The position numbers and the translations under genes are program-made. Of a stretch of DNA of 64,000 nucleotides, positions 61,401-64,000 are shown in pieces. The notes below the pieces were generated by a model that made no database searches, was not told the DNA's origin, and worked only from the letters and a program-made list of their open reading frames with translations. The DNA is from an uncultured bacterium (GTDB lineage: Bacteria > Chloroflexota > UBA5177 > JANWHV01): NCBI GenBank assembly GCA_963729625.1, contig CAVSOU010000008.1, positions 672,001 to 736,000 of the forward strand, written 5' to 3'. Every line of letters begins with the position of its first letter. Positions within the stretch are counted from its first letter, which is position 1.

Positions 61401-62163
61401 GTCCAGCACCGGCACCGTGCCGACCTACTTGAAGGTAGCCAGGGCGGGAACCACGTATAGTGCGTACACCGCGAGCGATGGGGTCACCTGGACGCTGCTA
61501 CCCGGCTCCAGCATCACCTTGCCCGCATTTGCCGGGCCACTCCTGGCCGGCGTCGCGGTCACCGCCCACGACCCGGTCGCGCTCAGCGCCGTTACCTTCA
61601 GCGCGGCTGCCGTGACGGGGAGCCAGTCCAGCCCGCAAACGGTCGTGCTGCCTGTTCGAGCAGGATGGAATCTGATCGCTTTGCCCCTTTCCACGACGAC
61701 GCTGGATGCCTGGGGCGTGCTCTCGGCGATCGTGTCCCAAACCCACGGCTACGCCGCTATCGCGGGTCTCGCCGGCGGGCAATGGAGCCAGTACATGTAC
61801 GATGACGTGGCCGATGGGATTGGCGCCGGCGGCAGCGACTTCGGCCTTCAGCTCGGCCAGGGCTACGCGCTTTACAGCGACAAGCCGGGCAGCGTCATCG
61901 TCAGCGGCGAGGCGGCTTCCAACCCGCCGTTGTCCCTCGCTGCCGGATGGAACCTGGTGGGCTTCCCCAGCAATCCGTCCACATCCTACGACATCCTGGC
62001 AAGCGTGCTCGGGCAGACCAACGGCAGCTACGCCGAGATTGACGGCTACACGCGCGGTCAGTGGGGCCCAAGCGCGTTTGATGGCGCCGGTCTGGGCGGC
62101 GCCAACTTCAGCGTGACGTCGGGGCAGGGGTACGCGCTGTTCAGTGATAAGGCAACACCGTAG
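58471..62163 (+). CDS. Secreted PQQ-like beta-propeller + three DUF1349/LamG-like domains + GWNL C-terminal repeats
   Basis: Signal; DWPTYLHD; ALNATTGALEW repeats; CPSGWTC/CPAGWTC linkers x3; AKAGLMVR; GWNLIALP and GWNLVGFP. Confidence 0.88.
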   Translation: MVSRRQRRLVRVLVTILVLVAPLVTTAGDWPTYLHDASRSAASLGETTLSTANAGQLVEHWAYKTGGMIAASPTVVGNTVYVGAWDGYEYALNATTGALEWKTFLGITGPYAACNPPSAGITSGAAVVNGVVYVGGGDHTGGTNTSFYALDAGSGAILWTVNTGDGSATGGHYDWASPLIVGNYAYVGIASFGDCPLVQGQLLKVDLTAHTVVATANLVSNGELGAGVWTSPTYDAATNTVYVTTGTKFATDQTMSQAVVALAGTDLTIESAWQIPEDQALSDADFGTTPILVTDSGGHRLVVAMNKNGYLYAFSQPASATTAIDLAAGPTWEEQLDPGGSNPSAGDGTVSSAAFANGTLYQASGNIVVNGVGYGGAVSAINPANGAIAWQHPTAYPIVPAIAYGNGFIVDGEGPTVEVLDAGTGTRLYSYTTGAPLYGPPVVANGQIVIGGTDHSVYAFGLPASTPPTPPADGNCPSGWTCQDVGSPAPAGSESVVSGAWTVLAGGGGLAGAADAFRLLTEPATGDAQVTARIPALPTGTSNALAGLIVRQSDDPAAPYYAAFMAASGTLVVQYRATPGAAPAIVTQQARSAPVYLEIQRVGDHFSAATSTDGSSYALVPGTTVTAAMPATVLAGLAAGAGLGANGAAATATFSQVVVGPRTNAPAAASGGTCPSGWTCGDIGNPSQVGTQSLSAGTWTVQGGGTYIANQSDQFHSVWQSLNGDGTMVARVASQSNTDPNAEAGIMFRQSTAADSPMYGLLVTPGNGVVALYRSNGSFNTLGLASPSGTAPVYLKVTRVGAVFTAYTSSDGSTWTALGTSQQIARFPSTLLVGLAVSAHNTGTLGSAQFSNVSITPTTPLFCPAGWTCADLGGPNTQGSDAASGSTWTVQGGGGDIWGASDQFHFDWQTLPAGDGSVSAKVVAQSNSNGWAKAGLMVRSANTAYAAFYAVLVTPSNGIVVQYRGYTGEGANAVQAASSTGTVPTYLKVARAGTTYSAYTASDGVTWTLLPGSSITLPAFAGPLLAGVAVTAHDPVALSAVTFSAAAVTGSQSSPQTVVLPVRAGWNLIALPLSTTTLDAWGVLSAIVSQTHGYAAIAGLAGGQWSQYMYDDVADGIGAGGSDFGLQLGQGYALYSDKPGSVIVSGEAASNPPLSLAAGWNLVGFPSNPSTSYDILASVLGQTNGSYAEIDGYTRGQWGPSAFDGAGLGGANFSVTSGQGYALFSDKATP

Positions 62164-62172
62164 CGAGCATTG

Positions 62173-64000
62173 TTACTCGTAACGCAGCACGATGAGGGGT
62201 TTTTCGCGGGATGCCGGGAGCGCCGAGATAACGCTGGCGGCGAGCGCCAATACGACGGCCAGCGCTACAAGGCCACCGATCACCGCTGGATCGATGACCG
62301 ACGGGATGTCCAGAACGAGATTGTCCAGCAGGACGGAGGCGATCACAGCCATGATCATGCCCATAGCCCCGCCCATGAAGCCCACGATCCCGCTTTCCAG
62401 CAGTAGCAGCCGCAGCACCGTGCCGCCCTTTGCCCCAAGAGCCTTCATCACGCCGATCTCGCGACGGCGCTCGAGAACTGCCAGCGCGACAGTATTGGCA
62501 ATGATCACCCCGCCGGCAAATAGTGAGAGGGCGGCCAGCAGCACGGGGAAGACCGTGGCCCGTTGCAGAATCTGGTCGACAACCGGGATAAGCGAGTTGA
62601 TGTCGAAGGCATAGTCCTGCTGCAAGTCGCGGTCGATAGCGGAGGCAGCCGCACTGTCCATCCCCGTCCGATATTGCACATAGAGAACGCTCCCGGCAGC
62701 CGGGGCGTCGTTGGCGTAGCGGCGCAAGTACGAGGCGGATGCCAGAATGCCGCCGCCGAAGCTTGGCGTGAGGCTGGTTGGATCGATGATGCCGACGACG
62801 CGCAAGTCGATCAGATGTCCGCCGAGATCGGTGTAGCCAAGCGTGCTTCCCGGCCGCAACCCCAACGGGTCGGCGAAATCCTGTGGTATGACGACGTTGT
62901 TCGTGCCTTCGTCCGCGGCCGTGAGCACCCTTCCGCCGGGGAGCACTTTCAGATTCAGCAGGGCCACGCGAAGGTCACGCCCGGCCAGTGTTTCAGACAG
63001 GTGGAGGCGCTCGCCGGACGCCCTGGCCGCGCCGCGCTCGAGGATGGGAGCAGCAGACGTGCCGTCTATGGTGGTGAGGCGCAGGCCGCCGACAAGCAGG
63101 CCGCGCTCGACCTTCTCAAATCCGGGCTGCCGTCGCACTTCAGCCAGCATGGACTGTTCCTGGCTGACGGGACCGAATGCCGCGACGTTGAATCCCCAAT
63201 CCTTCTCGAACAGGCCCTGGAACTCCGCGCGCACGTTCTGTGAGAGGACGACGACCGTTCCCACCGCCAGCACGCCGATGCAGAGCGCGACCATGGTAGA
63301 GGCGACACGGCGCTTCTGGCGCGTTAGGTTGCGAAGCGCGATGTTGAGCCCCAACAGCCCGAAGCTGGGCCCTCGGCTGGCAACCGAAACGACCAGCAAG
63401 AAGAACCCGCTGAAGATCAGGAAGCCAAGCACGACACCGTAGGCCAGGGCGATGCCGAGCCGCATATTGTGGAGTACGATTCCCGCCGCGATTCCCATAC
63501 TGCTCGTCAAGAGAAACGAGACGGCGCCGGTGAGGGCCCAGCCGATGCGCGGAAGGGGCGCGTCTTCATCGCGCAGCACGCCCATTGGCCGGGTTCTGCC
63601 TGCTCGCAGGACAGGAAGAAAGCCGAACACCGCCGTGGCGATCACTCCAAGCGCGCTGCCAACAAGCAACGGGTCGAGCCGGAGACTCCAGGACACTTGA
63701 GCGCCGAGCTGCACCGCGATCTCGGTCGCCACCACGCTCAATCCGATGCCGGCAATGATGCCCAGCGCGCTCCCGGCAACGCCCAGCAGCACCGCTTCCA
63801 GCAGGAAGAGCGGGATGACCTGGTAGCTCTTCATGCCAAGGGCTTTCAGCACCGCAATCTCTTTGGTGCGACGGCCCACCGAAACAAGCATGGTATTGGC
63901 GATGCCGATCCCGCCAATAAGCAGGGCGAGGAGGCCGCAGGCGAGCAGCAGTTGCTGCAGCCGCTCGGTGTTTGTCGCCTCCTGCTTGGCCACGTCGGCG
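62173..64000 (-). CDS. FtsX/MacB-like ABC transporter permease (5' end outside window)
   Basis: RRTKEIAVLKALG and ERRREIGVMKALG repeats; multiple TMs. Confidence 0.92.
   Translation of the reverse strand, partial: ADVAKQEATNTERLQQLLLACGLLALLIGGIGIANTMLVSVGRRTKEIAVLKALGMKSYQVIPLFLLEAVLLGVAGSALGIIAGIGLSVVATEIAVQLGAQVSWSLRLDPLLVGSALGVIATAVFGFLPVLRAGRTRPMGVLRDEDAPLPRIGWALTGAVSFLLTSSMGIAAGIVLHNMRLGIALAYGVVLGFLIFSGFFLLVVSVASRGPSFGLLGLNIALRNLTRQKRRVASTMVALCIGVLAVGTVVVLSQNVRAEFQGLFEKDWGFNVAAFGPVSQEQSMLAEVRRQPGFEKVERGLLVGGLRLTTIDGTSAAPILERGAARASGERLHLSETLAGRDLRVALLNLKVLPGGRVLTAADEGTNNVVIPQDFADPLGLRPGSTLGYTDLGGHLIDLRVVGIIDPTSLTPSFGGGILASASYLRRYANDAPAAGSVLYVQYRTGMDSAAASAIDRDLQQDYAFDINSLIPVVDQILQRATVFPVLLAALSLFAGGVIIANTVALAVLERRREIGVMKALGAKGGTVLRLLLLESGIVGFMGGAMGMIMAVIASVLLDNLVLDIPSVIDPAVIGGLVALAVVLALAASVISALPASREKPLIVLRYE

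Overview
High-GC bacterial chromosomal window, most consistent with a Chloroflexota genome (DUF2298/YYY glycosyltransferase fusion, RecG with an N-terminal extension, many monoderm-type secreted proteins; taxonomy is inference). Housekeeping and metabolic genes (nifJ, Glu dehydrogenase, CCA/poly(A) nucleotidyltransferase, recG, yjbQ, alkyltransferase-like, PfkB, NUDIX, acetamidase) alternate with accessory blocks. These are: a USP/baeRF-like/receiver cluster; a copper locus (CopC-CopD-YtkA-like-His-lined beta-propeller fusion, TlpA-SCO fusion, PKD protein); an AbrB-VapC pair with an operator palindrome; a TIR-STAND-TM-WD40 protein; a small decayed element with divergent HTH/RHH genes and a broken toxin-antitoxin pair; a Pil/Chp-like chemosensory operon with a TPR protein and a Cys-rich two-CW protein; and a Tat-exported vanadium haloperoxidase region with an XRE-AAA-TPR regulator. 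Several internally deleted gene remnants are present. No tRNA, rRNA, CRISPR array or transposase was recognised. All family calls come from reading motifs by eye; no searches were run. The best candidates for an undescribed system are the copper locus and the atypical chemosensory cluster.
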